Positions 30,852-50,251 of a stretch of 64,000 bases of DNA are shown here, piece after piece. The first letter of the stretch is position 1, and the number at the start of each line of letters is the position of its first letter. The notes beneath the pieces are model-generated. The model was given only the letters and a program-made list of their open reading frames with translations. It was not told the origin of the DNA and did no database searches. This stretch comes from the human T2T-CHM13v2.0 reference genome, Homo sapiens, in the NCBI RefSeq assembly GCF_009914755.1, contig NC_060938.1, one strand, 5' to 3'. The position numbers were made by a program, and so were the translations under genes.

Positions 30852-31163
30852 ACACGTATATCAAAACAGATCAAATTGCATACTTCAAATATGTACAGAT
30901 TATTGTACTTCAACTATGTATTAATAAAGTTGTAAGAAAAACGTAGGTCAAGGGAAGTGAAATCTGGGCAGAGGTCTAAGGACATGGCACCCAGGGCAGT
31001 AGGTTAGAAAGACTTGAAAAGAATAAGAAATAAAAAGGCCAGGGAAACAGGAAGGAAGGAAGTCAGAAAAAGAATAGAATTTGGTAGAGGTGCAAAGGGG
31101 TGGATGAAACATATTTTCTGAAACTTTTTTTCGGGTGTCTTTTTTACAGGTTTTTAACAGTGA

Positions 31164-31505
<342 letters not shown>

Positions 31506-32259
31506 AACAGTATGCTTGTTAAGACCGTGATAGAAAGACGTTGAAGACATGAATGCTAAATGTGCTTTTGGATGGCCAGTGGTGAGACTGTGAACTATTT
31601 GAAGAAGATTGTTGAAGAGGGGCTTCTTTTTATGTGCCCATTCCCTCAGCAACCACATGTGTGGCTCTGCCTGCAGGCTCCCTTCACCACATATTGGAAT
31701 GTAACTATACCTCCCTTATGAAGAGTCTGTGATGTATGCATAGTGGACAGGAGCAGGAATCCAAGCCCAGAGGTTCAGAACAGGTCAGCATGGAGACAAG
31801 GGGGAACAGAACATCAGGATGTTGGAAGGAGCCTGACAAGGCTGAACAACGCCTGGAGATTTAGCTGTGGTCACAGGTGGGTAAGGTTCTTGAGAATAGG
31901 AAGGCGGTGTATGTGGCAAAATGATGAGTACTGTGTGTGTAATCATTTTAAATCTGAGCAGATCTGAATGAAATCTAGAAGCCATGCTGAAGATGTTATA
32001 GCCTGGACACCTCCCACCCTCCAAACTCCCCTGCCATAGTCAAATCTAAACATGTTCCAGAAGTGTATATGTTTGGGTATGGTCATGGAGGGGAGCAGAA
32101 TAGAGACAGAGTAAGGGTAGGAAGACTGCAGGTAAGATAAACTGGAAATATTTTTAAAAGGTAGAAGAGAATTTGATGGGGAGCAACCTAGAATTGGGCA
32201 TGACTCTTCCAAAAAGTTTTTTTTTTTTTCTCATTTCAGTGCCTTCGTGCAAATCAGCA

Positions 32260-32745
32260 ATATAGGAATGCATAATTGTCATTCTTTTGGTCGTCTAGCA
32301 TGTAAAACTCCTTACTGTTTGACAAATCATCCCATTGTATTGAGTCTTGCTTGCCGGTATGGAAGCTGAAAAAAGGTCATATTTTCCTCTTCCAGTCCCC
32401 TAGAGGCTAGGGTGCAGACACATGGTCAAGGCTTAGCAATCAGATATGCTTTCTCAAGTCTTTGAATCCTGAGCTGGTGATGTAAACATCTAAGACTGTT
32501 TAGGATTTGTTCATGGTGGTGGCATTTGGAGACTGAGGCTGCAGGGCAGCAGGATGTCTTCACTATCTGCTCCAGAGATGATATGTCTTTGGCTGTGGTT
32601 CCTGATATCTATCCTTGACTTCTGGCTATTTTCCCAGCCTGATTCTCCAGCCCTCCAGATTATTCTTTGAGTCACCTGGTAGTTTTCCAACAAGTTCTTA
32701 TTCTGGAGTCACTTTCTGCAGTTTGTAACAAAGAGCCCTCACTCA
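32260..32745. mobile_element. LTR33-like ERVL LTR
   Basis: gctagggtgcagacacatg...caatcagatatgc...tttctgcagtttgtaacaaagagccctc motifs; from memory. Confidence 0.45.
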
Positions 32746-33176
32746 TTTAACAAAAAGCCTTCTGGAATATTAGCAAGAGAAGGTCACATGTGTGACTTCC
32801 TTCCCGACTAGGAATTTGTCTTTTTATAAGACCTTTCTTAATGTTCTTTTTGTGTTATCTAACCAAAGAACTGGAATGAAGAAGCATTCATAGGTGTCAG
32901 CTGATGTACAGGAATTTTCTCTATTTAATACTGTTGATTTTTTGCTCTTTGGAAAAGAAAAACAGAAGTTATTCTGACCTCTTTGTTATTCAAGTAGAAG
33001 GTATATTTTTGGCTAATAATGTGTTTTAAAACATCTTATTTTGGTCAAAACTATCTGGCTTGATTTAAGTGCCTTACTTATTAATTTCTGTTCATGTTTC
33101 CAGAATAAGATACACCAGCTGAAGATCAGTAATGGGCCCCTCAAACTCTGACTGAATCATATAAAGAAGTCAGTAA

Positions 33177-33454
33177 GGCCAGGTGCAGTGGCTCACACCT
33201 GTAATCCAAGCACTTTGGGAGGCTGAGGTGGGCAGATCACTTGAGGTCAGGAATTCAAGACCAGTCTGGCCAACACGGTGAAACCCTGTCTCTACTAGAA
33301 ATACAATTAGCTGGGTGTGGTGGTGCACGCTGGTAATCCCAGCTACCTGGGAGGCTGAGACAGGAGAATGCTTGAACCTGGGAGGCGGAGGTTGCAGTGA
33401 CCCAAGATCACGCCATTGCACTCCATCCTAGATGACAAGAGCAAAACCCCATCT

Positions 33455-33503
<49 letters not shown>
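33177..33503 (+). mobile_element. AluS-type SINE with 48-nt uninterrupted poly(A)
   Basis: Alu consensus; A-run 33456-33503. Confidence 0.96.
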
Positions 33504-33505
<2 letters not shown>

Positions 33506-33565
33506 CAATGAGAGATAAGCCTCCTGATTCCAGAGAAAAAGAAATGATTAAAAAGTCAGGTTTAG

Positions 33566-38697
<5,132 letters not shown>

Positions 38698-38768
38698 AAA
38701 GTCAGTTTTAATAGGACAGAAGGGGATGCCACGGCAGGAGTGAAGAGAAGACAGGGAGAGTTATAAAA

Positions 38769-39111
38769 CAGTGGTTTCCAGCCCCTGGGCCACAAAACCA
38801 TATAGTCTGTGGCCTGTTAAAAACTGGGCCACCCAGCAGGAGGTGAGCAGCAGATGAGTGAGCATTACTGCCTGAGCTCTGCCTCCTGTCGGATCCATGC
38901 AGCATTAGATTCTCATAGGACTGCAGACCCTATTATGAACTGCACATGTGAGGGATCTAGGTTACATGCTCCTTATGAGAATCTAACCAATGCCTGGTGA
39001 TCTGAGGTGGAACAGTTTCATCCCAAAACCATTCCCCCAACCCCAGCTGTGGAAAAATTGTCTACCATAAAACTGGTCCCTGGTGCCAAAAAGGTTGGGG
39101 ACAGGATGGCT
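38769..39111. mobile_element. MER1B hAT-Charlie MITE
   Basis: cag...ggcctgtta...cagcaggaggtgagc...aaactggtccctggtgccaaaaaggttggggac...ctg; 8-bp TSD-like ttataaaa/ctgtaaaa. Confidence 0.88.
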
Positions 39112-39389
39112 GCTGTAAAAGACACGCACTCTGGATACAGCTGCACTGCCCCTGTCCCCATCATATGCACGAGACCCACCTCTACTAGAAACAGATGAGT
39201 CGCAGGTGGCCAGTTCAGTTCCTTGTGGTCCAGGAGTCAAAACTGATATGCTGTCATCATATCCACCCAGACCACAAAGTCTCTACCCTTGGTCCAGAGG
39301 TGTGGGAATGAGCACCAGCTACAGCTTCCTCTGTTTACAACATCCAAACAAATTTACCTCCTTAACTTTGCTCAAAAGAAAGTTACTGT

Positions 39390-39681
<292 letters not shown>

Positions 39682-39814
39682 TTATTGTGTAATATTTACT
39701 ATATACTAAAAGACATGTGGAACATATATGTAAGTGAGGAAGGGCGGTGACAAAATAGACAGACACCTGCAATCCCATGACCCAAACTAAGAACTAGAAA
39801 ATTACCAGTAGCAA

Positions 39815-40135
39815 GGCGGGGCGCAGTGGCTCATGCCACTTTGGGAGTTTGCCCACAGTGCCTCCCAGCACTTTGGGAGGCGGAGGTGGGCAGATCACCT
39901 GAGGTAGGGAGTTCAACACCAGCCTGACCAACATGGAGAAACCCCATATCTACTAAAAATACAAAATTAGCCGAGCGTGGTGGCTCATGCCTGTAATCCC
40001 AGCTACTCGGGAGGCTGAGGCAGGGGAATTGCTTCAACCTGGGAGGCGGAGGTTGAGCCAAGATCGAGCCATTGCACTCCAGCCCGGACAACAAAAACGA
40101 AACTCCATCTCAAAAAAAAAAAAAAAAAAAAAAAA
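39815..40135 (+). mobile_element. AluS-type SINE with rearranged 5' region
   Basis: Alu consensus; TSD aattaccagtag. Confidence 0.95.
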
Positions 40136-40444
40136 CAATTACCAGTAGTAGGACATTTAACCTTTTTCTTTCTTTTTTCAAAATTTCTAGTGTGGAGAAT
40201 TAGTTCAGTCAAAGTATATCTATAGACTTGGATTGATTGAAATAGACAGTAAATAGACTATAAACAAGTATCCCTCATAGATGGCTGTCTAGTCTTTAAT
40301 TAAACACTTCAAGTGACAGGATATTCACTACCTCATAATGCAGGTGATGCCATTATTAGACCGCCCCTATCTTTAGAAGGGTCTTCCCTATATCGAACTG
40401 AAATCTGCATCCTGAAACTTCCATCCATTATTCTTAGCTTTACG

Positions 40445-40600
40445 TTTGAGAGACACTGTGGCTCAGATGCAGGCTCTGCAGCGGAGTAGATCTGAGTTGA
40501 AGTCTCAGCTCATTTACTTACTGTGATCTTGGACAAATTACTTAACTAACTTATTTTTACCTCAGTTTCATCTTCTGTAAAATGGGAAGAATAATAATAC
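40445..40600 (+). mobile_element. MIR SINE fragment
   Basis: ctgtgatcttggacaaattacttaac...cctcagtttcatcttctgtaaaatgggaagaataata. Confidence 0.7.
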
Positions 40601-40696
40601 ATAGGGCAAGCGAGACCAGACCACACGTGCTGGTCTGGGTTTGAGGATTGGTGGGAATGAAAACTTGGATTTGGCTTGAGTTACTTTAGCTTTCTT

Positions 40697-40834
40697 TGGG
40701 GGTGTGGTGGCCTGAGCCTGTAGTTCCAGCTATTTAGGAGGCTGAGACAGAAGAATCACTGGAGGTCAGGAGTTCCAGACCAGCTTGGGCAATATAGTGA
40801 GAACACATCTCTAAAAAGAAAAAAAAGAAAGAAA
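40697..40834 (+). mobile_element. FLAM (free left Alu monomer)
   Basis: Single Alu monomer with A-tail; TSD ttactttagct. Confidence 0.85.
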
Positions 40835-40935
40835 ATTACTTTAGCTCTTGTGTATTGTCTGAATCAGGAACATGGTCAGTTGTAATTTACAGAAACTGAA
40901 AAATACAATGACTTATACAAGATAGAGGTTTAGGG

Positions 40936-41085
40936 GTTTTTTGTTTGTTTGTTTTGGTTTAGTTTTTAGAGAAGCAGCCTCATTTTTGTTGTCCAGGCTG
41001 CTCTTGAACTCCTGGGCTCCAGCGACCCTCCTGCTTCAACCTCTGGAGTAGCTGGGACTACAGGTGCATGCACACCACTGTGAAG
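40936..41085 (-). mobile_element. FLAM monomer inside an MLT1J-like LTR
   Basis: Reverse Alu monomer with (TTTTG)n tail. Confidence 0.75.
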
Positions 41086-41298
41086 CTCTAGGATTTTTTT
41101 TTCCCTAGGGAAAGGGAAGTAGGCTGTCCAGAGATGGTATTTTTCTGCTCCACCAGTTTTAGGCCCTGGTTTCTGTGGCCCAGGATGGCTACTGGGCCAC
41201 CACTTCCGCGTTCTTGACAGGAAACTGAAGAAGGAGAAAGGACAGAAAGAGTGTGTGCTAGATCCTGTCTTCCGTTCAAGTGGCTTTCTTACAAATCT

Positions 41299-41784
41299 TG
41301 TAACCCAAGGTCCTCAGTTTTTTGGGTACGTACTGTGAAAAGGTACCTGCTTGTAACTGTTGCATCTTGAGTTCTTGTTGTTTCAAGAAGTTCCAGGAAG
41401 AAGCTCAGCCCCAAAAAAACAAAAACTGGTTGGATCTAGAGATGCCTGAGTTGGAGATGAACTTTAGTGAAGTCTCCTCATTACCGTACCAAAAACGCTG
41501 CCCAGGGAGGAGCTTATCACCATTTTCTATACAAATGATGTGTGTAGAAGCATGATCAGTGACTGTGTTGTCTTTACTCTACCTCTACATACAAAAACTC
41601 AGCTAACCAGTCCAATAAAAGCCCAATTTTCACCAGTGTTTGGGAAGGCGCTGCTTTGTGGGACTATCCCCGGTATCCTCCTTACTTGTTCTAAGTAATA
41701 AAATTCCCTTGTTTAATTCTCCTTGGTTAGGTCATTGGACTGTCACCTGTGAAGCTATTGAATCCATCTGTTATGTGAATAACA
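41299..41784 (+). mobile_element. ERV solo LTR nested in an older MLT1-like element (~40850-41990)
   Basis: tgtaacc...aaca ends, internal AATAAA (41698-41703), 4-bp TSD-like atct/atcc. Confidence 0.6.
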
Positions 41785-42009
41785 ATCCCATGTAACAATG
41801 TATACTCACGTGTCACTGGACAGAGCTGAGCCACATGGCCATTCTTGGCTATAAGGCAGGCTGGGAAATACAGTCTTTTAGCTAGAACATTACCACCCCA
41901 GATAAGGTTAGGATTCTGATGCCAAGAAAGAAGAAAGGAGTGGATATTGAGCAGGCAAACTGCAGTCCCCACCACATGACTGAATCAGCAAATAAGCAGT
42001 ACAAAGTTT

Positions 42010-42249
42010 ATAGACATCTTTGCTATGTTGTATCTGTCTATCTATCTACCTATCTATCTATCTTCTATATGGATATACAACATAGCAGAGATGTCTCTCC
42101 CTCTTTATATATATATATATACACACATATCTGTATCTACATACGTACATCTTTGCTATGTATTTATCTCTTTATACATATACACACACATATAGAGATC
42201 TATATATCTATATATCTATATCTATGTCTATATCGAGAGAGAGAGAGAG

Positions 42250-42252
<3 letters not shown>
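42010..42252. repeat. Low-complexity (TCTA)n/(TA)n/(CA)n/(GA)n tract
   Basis: Read directly; typical of the simple-repeat region of MLT2 LTRs. Confidence 0.9.
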
Positions 42253-42918
<666 letters not shown>

Positions 42919-44684
42919 TTACAGATGCAAGCAGATCTGGCTGCCTGGTGGCTGTTTGTTTCTAATGGATTCAGTGGAGATGAGTTCAGTGGGTTCACCA
43001 GCTTATACAGAGAAGGGACTCACCAGGTCAGAAAAGCCCAGAGCCCTGGGTTGTTGCCTTTTGCATCTTCTAAGGCTGGAGGTATAGAGGGAGAGTGTGG
43101 GGATGCATGGCACTTAGGGGCCACATTGTTTCCTGGAAAGTAGTTCTTGTGTCAGGGTCACAAAACCTAGTTAGTTCATGTTTTATTTCTTATGGCCCCT
43201 AAGGCCTGCACATGGGCACACTGTAGAGTTGTGTTGTGGACTGAGTCAGCTCTGTCCCGTAGAACTGCCTCAGCACAGTGCTTGGAACAGGCTGGGTCCC
43301 CGACAAATGCTAGTCGAAAAGCTGTAGTTCCTTAGAAATATTTGACTATAGTTCCACGTGCTTTCATAAGTATTTCTTCTTCTAAACATACCTGATTTCA
43401 GGCTTAGGTCTTTGTAACCTTGACTACACATTGTAATTTTGGAGGTGGGAGGCGAGGGTGGGAGGAGAAATGGGAATGGGTGAGAGGACTTTCTCATTTT
43501 AGCAGATGTTAGTGGGCACTGTAGCTAAATACATCTCTAACACATGGGGAAAGTTATGTTTAAGTTGAATAACACAAGGAGTTTGTTTATATGCAGTTAG
43601 ATAGCTCTCTCTCTGTAGAGGAAAGAAATCTTTTTTTCACCAGGAACACTTATTTTGTGGGTGTGCAGCTTCCTCCCACTTCTCCTTGGTTTGATGTGGT
43701 GACAACTCATTTCACAGACAGCACAACTGCAGACAGACCAGATCAGAGGAAAGGAGAGGAAGGGGTAGACTGAATATGTGGTATTTGGTGATATTGTGTA
43801 GCTAAATGGCAACTCTACTCTACTTTTCCTGAAATCCTTCAGGTATAAAGTTCAGGGAGAGTTGATACCTGATTAATATGTATAAAGAGGTTAATATAAT
43901 GTACTTGCAATTACAAATGGTGAGTTATTCTCCTACTTGCTTTCTTATGCCAAGTAAGTAAGTCTTACCTTAATGACAGGAATAGTGAAATGGAGCAGGG
44001 TAGGCGGAATACATTTCAGAAGTTACATTACTTAACAATAACAAAATATATATGTACATATTCAATTTGAAACTTCCCTTTGGTTTTCATAGCCCATCTG
44101 CAGAAGGCCACCCAATTAGTTAAGAAGAAAAGGGGTTGGAGATCATGGCTGGTTATTTTATGTGCACTGAAATGGAGGAAATGGCCACAGTTGCTTAGCC
44201 AGGGGTGTACAAACCCTGCCCCCCAGCACCGCCATTAGACTAAAAAAGGCATCTTATAGCATCAAACAACTTAAAGAGATGTAATAAGGAAACTGCTTCC
44301 TTTGCACATCTGTGAAGAACATCTGGCTCTACGGTGAGCCCTGGCAACTTTAACAGTTAGTTGGTGGCCCACAGATTAAAAGGGAGGCAAACCCTCCAGT
44401 CATCAGGCTCGTCTGCAGAGTTTCTTGGTGGCATAACCACGAAGCCTAAGGGTAAAAAGCATCTGGTGCCTTTTTCTGCTGCGCACTTCGCCCGTGCTGA
44501 GCTTATTCCCTGACCACAGACTTAAAAGACAGGGGCTTACGGAGACTCAGGCGCTGGCCTCAGAAAGCAGTACATCTGAACTCTGCCCTAGAGGCTCTTC
44601 ATCCTAGCACTGTGGGGCTGTTTGGGGGTCAATCCCTCAATTATTACTTCATCTCTTTTGTGGTATAGGATTATTGAAGACACG

Positions 44685-45270
44685 TGCCTTGTTGTATTTT
44701 CCAAAGATGGCCACAACAATATCTCTCATCCCACATGCTCATCTGCAATATGACCTCTCCTCTCCCATCGAGATGCAGTCTTATTTCTCTCCCCTTGAAT
44801 CTAAGCTGGCCTCAGTGACTCACCTGCAGCCAATAAAATGTTGTGGAGGTGATGTGGAGTGACTTCCAAGGTTAGGCCAGAAAAAGCCATGCAGCTTTCT
44901 CCTGGCTCTCTTGGAAGGTTTGCTTTTCAGACATTCCCTCCTGAGATGCTCTGTTATAGGACCAGCTGCCATGCTGTGGGAAACCTACATCACGTGGAGG
45001 GCCAAATGCAGGTGCTCCTGTCAACAGTCTCAGCAGAATCTGGCCTTTCAGTCATTTTAGCCTTGACACCAGATATATAAGGGAAGAAGCCTCCAGATAG
45101 TTCCAGCCCCAACTGAGTTTTTAGCAGGGGTCCAGACATTGTGGAACGGAGACAGTTCATCCCTGCTGTAACATCCAAATTCCTGACCCACAGAATCTTT
45201 GAGCACAATAAGATGGCTGTTTTATGTAAGTTTGAGGTGGTTTGTTACACAGCAATAGATAATTGGAGCA
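44685..45270. mobile_element. MLT1-type MaLR LTR
   Basis: ccaaagatggccacaacaatatctctcatcccacatgctc...tggtttgttacacagcaatagataattgg. Confidence 0.75.
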
Positions 45271-46158
45271 TGCACATAAGAGATACTTTTGGAGGAATCT
45301 GAAAGCAGGCTATTAATCAGAATGCCCCACTTCCCCTCCCCTATACCAGGACACTTTTCTGCGTGTCCAGCACTGTATTGCACAATGTCTAACTTGTAAG
45401 AGAGGTATAGTTACCCCCAGCCTCTCCTTTGTAAGCAATGGAAAAAGATGCCCATTCCCCTGAGACAATGCAGCCCTACCCCACAACACATAGCCTGGCA
45501 GGCCAAGTGCAGGTTCCCATCCCATTGCCTCCCCAGCCTGGCTGGATATCTTGTGCAGTGCAGGAACTATACAATTGTATACAGCAACCTTGAAGAAGTG
45601 TAAAGTAAGCTCTCTGTCCTCAAGGAATTTACATTCTTATTGATGATATAAAATATGTGTAGTTTAAGATGGAAAAGTTTTAAATGCTAAATCATGAAAT
45701 AATACTGATTCTACAAAGAATTTTGCAAAAATAACAAAAAATATGGAGCTATAGAAAAAGCACTGGACTTTTAAGTAGGAGATCTGGGTAGAAGAGCCAA
45801 GCTCAAGCCATGTCCTGCATGATGCTAGCATGGCCTTACTTGGTGCCTGGGAATAGGCACTTGAGTTCTTTGGGCTTCAGTTTCCTTTACCTGGGGAATG
45901 AAGTTGGTCTAATTGGTGCTTCTCAAACGTTTCTGTTGTGATATCCTTATGGCATAACAGAATGGTGTCTGAGGGTTTAATCTGGATTGCCTGGCAAGAA
46001 CTGGACTTAAAAAAACTGCACAAACCCTTGATTTGTTCAGATGACTCACTTCTCATTGCCTTTAGTTTTCAAGAAAAAAAAATGACCTTAGTGGAAAAGT
46101 CTTCCTCAACCACTGTATTTCAAAAAGCACAGCTCCTTCACCATTACCATTCTCTATC

Positions 46159-46660
46159 TGTGGTACGTTAAAGATGGCCACAGATTCTTTAATACTCTTC
46201 CTGTTGAGAGGGAGGTCTATGTCCACTTAAATCTAGGCAGGTTCAGTGGTTTGAGCAATGGAATATAGCAGCAGTGGTGCTGGACTAGTTTTCAGGTTGA
46301 GGTCTTAAGAGATTGGCAGCTCCCACTTCCTGACTCTTGGAACAGTTTCTCCAGGAGCCCTGAATTTGATGTCTTGAGACCACCATGCTGAAGTGACCAA
46401 GTGTAGGTGCTCCAGTCAACAGTTCCGGCTGAGCCCTACCTTCTGATGATTCCCACCAAGGCATCAGACATGTGAGCAAACCCACTTTGGACTCTCAAGA
46501 TAGGTCCATCTGCCAGTTGATGCCACTGAGTAGAAGGACCACCCAACTGAAGCCTGCTGGAATATCTGGCCCATAAAATTGTGAGATATCATAGAACAGT
46601 TCTTATTTCGAATAACTAGGTCTTGAGGTTGTTTGTTACACAGCACTAGATAACTGGAAC
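46159..46660. mobile_element. MLT1-type MaLR LTR
   Basis: tgtggtacgttaaagatggccacagattcttt...tttgttacacagcactagataactggaac. Confidence 0.7.
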
Positions 46661-46694
46661 GTGAACGCTCAACCTGCTTTGCTTTCTTTACCAG

Positions 46695-47092
46695 GAGTGC
46701 TGTCTTGGATCTAGCTCACACTGGATCACAGGAAGTTAAATTTTCAAGAATTGTATGAGCCAGTTATTAAATAAAGCCACCATCAGGAATTGAATGATTT
46801 AACTTCCAATTAAATTAATTATATTAAAAATGAAGTTAATAAATTCTCAAAACTCATCACTTCCTAGTCTTTTACTACATATTTCTCTTATGCTCTTGAG
46901 ATTATTAATGTCTATGATATCTGTGTGGTGGAAACACTCTACAGTCAGGCCCTACTGCACTCTCCCAACTCCCTATCCAATGACATTGCATTGGTAGCTT
47001 GAAATTAATCGTGGTAGAACTATTTACACCACAGAAATTTTCCAATGCCTCTCAGAAAACTGGTTGTTAGACATTTATACCAGCACACCACT
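46695..47092. mobile_element. MER63-like hAT DNA transposon fragment
   Basis: ...gagccagttattaaa...aactggttgttagacatttataccagcacaccact; from memory. Confidence 0.5.
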
Positions 47093-47099
47093 ACCATTG

Positions 47100-47290
47100 T
47101 TTACTGCATTTATAACCATCTGATACAATTGTTACTTATTAATTATTTGCTTATTCCACACCCCCGACCCCTGCCAATGGAATACAAGCTTCTGGAGAGG
47201 AGGAGCTCTGTCTTTTTATTCATCACTATCTCCCCAGAACTTAGAAGAGTGCCAGGCACAGAGGTGTTCAGTAAATACTAATTGAATGAA
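47100..47290 (+). mobile_element. L2 LINE 3' end
   Basis: ggaatacaagcttctggag...ttcatcactatctccccagaacttagaagagtgccaggcacagaggtgttcagtaaatactaattgaatgaa. Confidence 0.65.
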
Positions 47291-48061
47291 GGCATCCTCC
47301 TCCTGTTGTTTGCTACATCCCACTTCTTGGAGACTGCTGGCTTCCTTCTCAGCAGCTGTGTGACTCTACCCCGCTGGCCATAGACACCTGATTCAAGCTG
47401 GACCAGTGAGCATCCCTGAACTGCACATATGGAATTGGGTGAGACAATGCTTTTGCAGAGAGGGAGAGGGGGACACAGTGAGAGCACAAGCCAGCAATTG
47501 GAGTGACTGGTACTTTAAAATGTGAATTTGGAAGCTATGGACAACCATTTTCAATTCACCATGAGGAATGAGTAGTAAAAATAAGAAGCCCTTCTTGCAA
47601 GAAGAATGAAGCCACTTCTCAGAGAGACACCATGATGAGACAGAGGAAGGGAGAAGACTCCCTGGTCTTTGCCCCTCCTGGGTCTCATGGATTTTTGCCC
47701 TTTAGTTCTGTGAGACTCCACTGTCTTTACAATACATTTTCCTCCCCTATATTCACTAACTTGAGTTGATTTTTGCAACCCCGTGTCTTAACAAACATAA
47801 CCTCCATGCTTGTTTTAATATAGTCTCTCAAATTATTTATAATCATCAAAAAAAAATACCTAGCAAAAATATTTCCTAGGGATCCTTTGGGCAAGTTTAG
47901 GAGGCTGAGTCTTATTCAGTCTATGAAGTCAAAAACATGTACATTAGGATTGGCACCAGTAATTTCTCTTGTCTTTCTCAAAGTCATAGTCTGTTGAGAA
48001 TTAGGTTAAAATGCAACTGTGGGTTCGAATAGCAACAATTTTCTTTTTCAAAGTTTGCAAT

Positions 48062-48348
48062 TCTTTTTTTTTTTTTTTTTTTTTTTGAGACAGGCTGGAG
48101 TGCCATGGTGCGAACTTGGCTCACTGCAACCTTCGTCTCCGAGGTTCAAGCGATTCTTCTGCCTCAGTCTCCTGAGTAGCTGGGACTACAGGCGTGCATC
48201 ACCATGCCTGGCTAATTTTTGTATTTTTTGTGGAGACAGGGTTTCACCATATTGCCCAGGGTGGTCTCGAACTCCTGGCCTCAAGCAATCTGCCTACCTC
48301 GGCCTCCCAAAGTGCTGGGATTACAGGTGTGAACCACCACGCCCAGCC
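48062..48348 (-). mobile_element. Alu SINE
   Basis: Reverse Alu; TSD aagtttgcaattctt. Confidence 0.95.
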
Positions 48349-48556
48349 TACAAGTTTGCAATTCTTATTAGGGCAATGACTGTGGAAAGGACACTGAGAA
48401 TTGACATGGTATGCAGTTCTGCATTGGAGGAAATTTTACTTAACTAGATCTTCTTTTAATATGGTCAGTTTGGGGGAGGGTAAGTCTGATTCCTGATGGT
48501 CTCACTTGTCAAAGAAATACTGGTCAAAGGACTTTTTCGTGAACAACTATGATTTA

Positions 48557-48859
<303 letters not shown>

Positions 48860-49489
48860 TTAGGATGTTATTCTTAATTTTGCCACTTAACTCTGAAATT
48901 TTTATCACAAGTAAATGAACTAAAAGTCTCAAACAACACATACTCCCCACGATCAATACTTCATGGGTCCTTAGGTTTCATTTCCCTCACAGTAGCTGTC
49001 TCGTGTGCAGGGAAGGCATTTATAGCCTGTCCTCAGATTGGACGATGGAGAGCAGTCAGCCTCACTGTTTGCCAAGTAAGCCAGGGTTGGGAGGCACTCG
49101 TGATCAGGTTGAACAATGATTTTCATTCCCCCATCCTGGTGTTTCCTCTTTGTTTTGGTGTCTTTTATTTTATTCCCACATGAAGAAACAAAACAATTCA
49201 GTTTTAAATTTGTATTCTGCACTTTTTCTTGATTATGTCGGTCTGTATTTTTAAGAAAAAAGGGGTTTCGAAGTTACCTCTCATTTGATCACCATTCTGA
49301 CCGAACCAATTCGTAACCCAACCATTGTCTTGTTGCTGTTGGATATTTGTTAGATTATTAAAAATTATATTTCACTACTTCACTGATATTAAGGAAAACA
49401 AGAAGTGAACACTGAGTGGCTGGGAAGTGCTGGGACAGTGCCCCTCCATCCCAGAACTTTGGCTTATTTGAATTAAAACAGATCTTTCT

Positions 49490-50251
49490 TACCCACATCA
49501 ATGACATATTCCGGGAATCACCACCACCACCACAGAAAGAGGCTGGAGGCTCTCCGTACCCTGTTCATTCCTTAAGGGCCCTGCTTCCCTTATTACGTTA
49601 GTCTATGGCCCTAAATATGCAAATGAGAGTTGAAGGTTTTTAAAAGGTAGAAAGGAAACGATTTACTAATTTATTTTCTGCTTATATTTCTTGTGGAGAG
49701 AGTAAGGATAGAACCAACAAGGGGCGGAGTAGCTGAGAAAGGGGCCACCTAAGAGTGAAACATACTTTATACCAGAGGAGCAGGGAGCCTAATGCAGCAC
49801 ATTATCATTTGTTATTTGGGTTTAATAATTTTGACATCTTTTCACTCATACACAAAAAGTCAGAACTGGTTTTATTTACTGTTGATTTCATCCTCCTGTG
49901 GATGAAATAACTGAAGCCTAGAGGAATGGACTAGTGCTACTGACCTGTTTGTTTAAATTATTTTTGTGTTAATAGTACACTTTGAGTATCTTTTTCCACA
50001 TTACAAACTTTCTGAATTATAAATGTTTTCCTTACATTATTTAACAATGTACACTTTAAAAAATATAAAAGTTCAAACTTCAGGGGTTTCTCAGCAGTCA
50101 TTAATTGTACATTTTGCACTAACTCTGGGTGTTGCGTTTCTTGTAAGATCGCGCTTTGTGCTTCAGTTTGTTACCTTTGTAGACTTATTTAATGAAATCA
50201 TTCAAATAAACCAAACTTGCTTTTGTTGAAAAATAAAAATAAAAAAATAAA
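49490..50251 (+). pseudogene. 5'-truncated processed retrocopy consisting only of an mRNA 3' UTR
   Basis: Perfect 16-bp TSD taaaacagatctttct (49474-49489 and 50252-50267) at a TT/AAAA site; AATAAA at 50205-50210, 18 nt before an A-rich tail (50229-50251); non-repeat AU-rich body. From memory it resembles the TPM4 3' UTR, unverified, so no symbol is given. Confidence 0.88.

Larger units (their letters stand above)
29115..30940 (+). mobile_element. Old L1M (MC/ME-type) 3' end, split by an MLT1E-type LTR
   Basis: aaatgctcagcatcattagccatcagagaaatgcaaattaaaaccac...; resumes after 30851 and ends with aataaagttgtaagaaaa. Confidence 0.8.
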
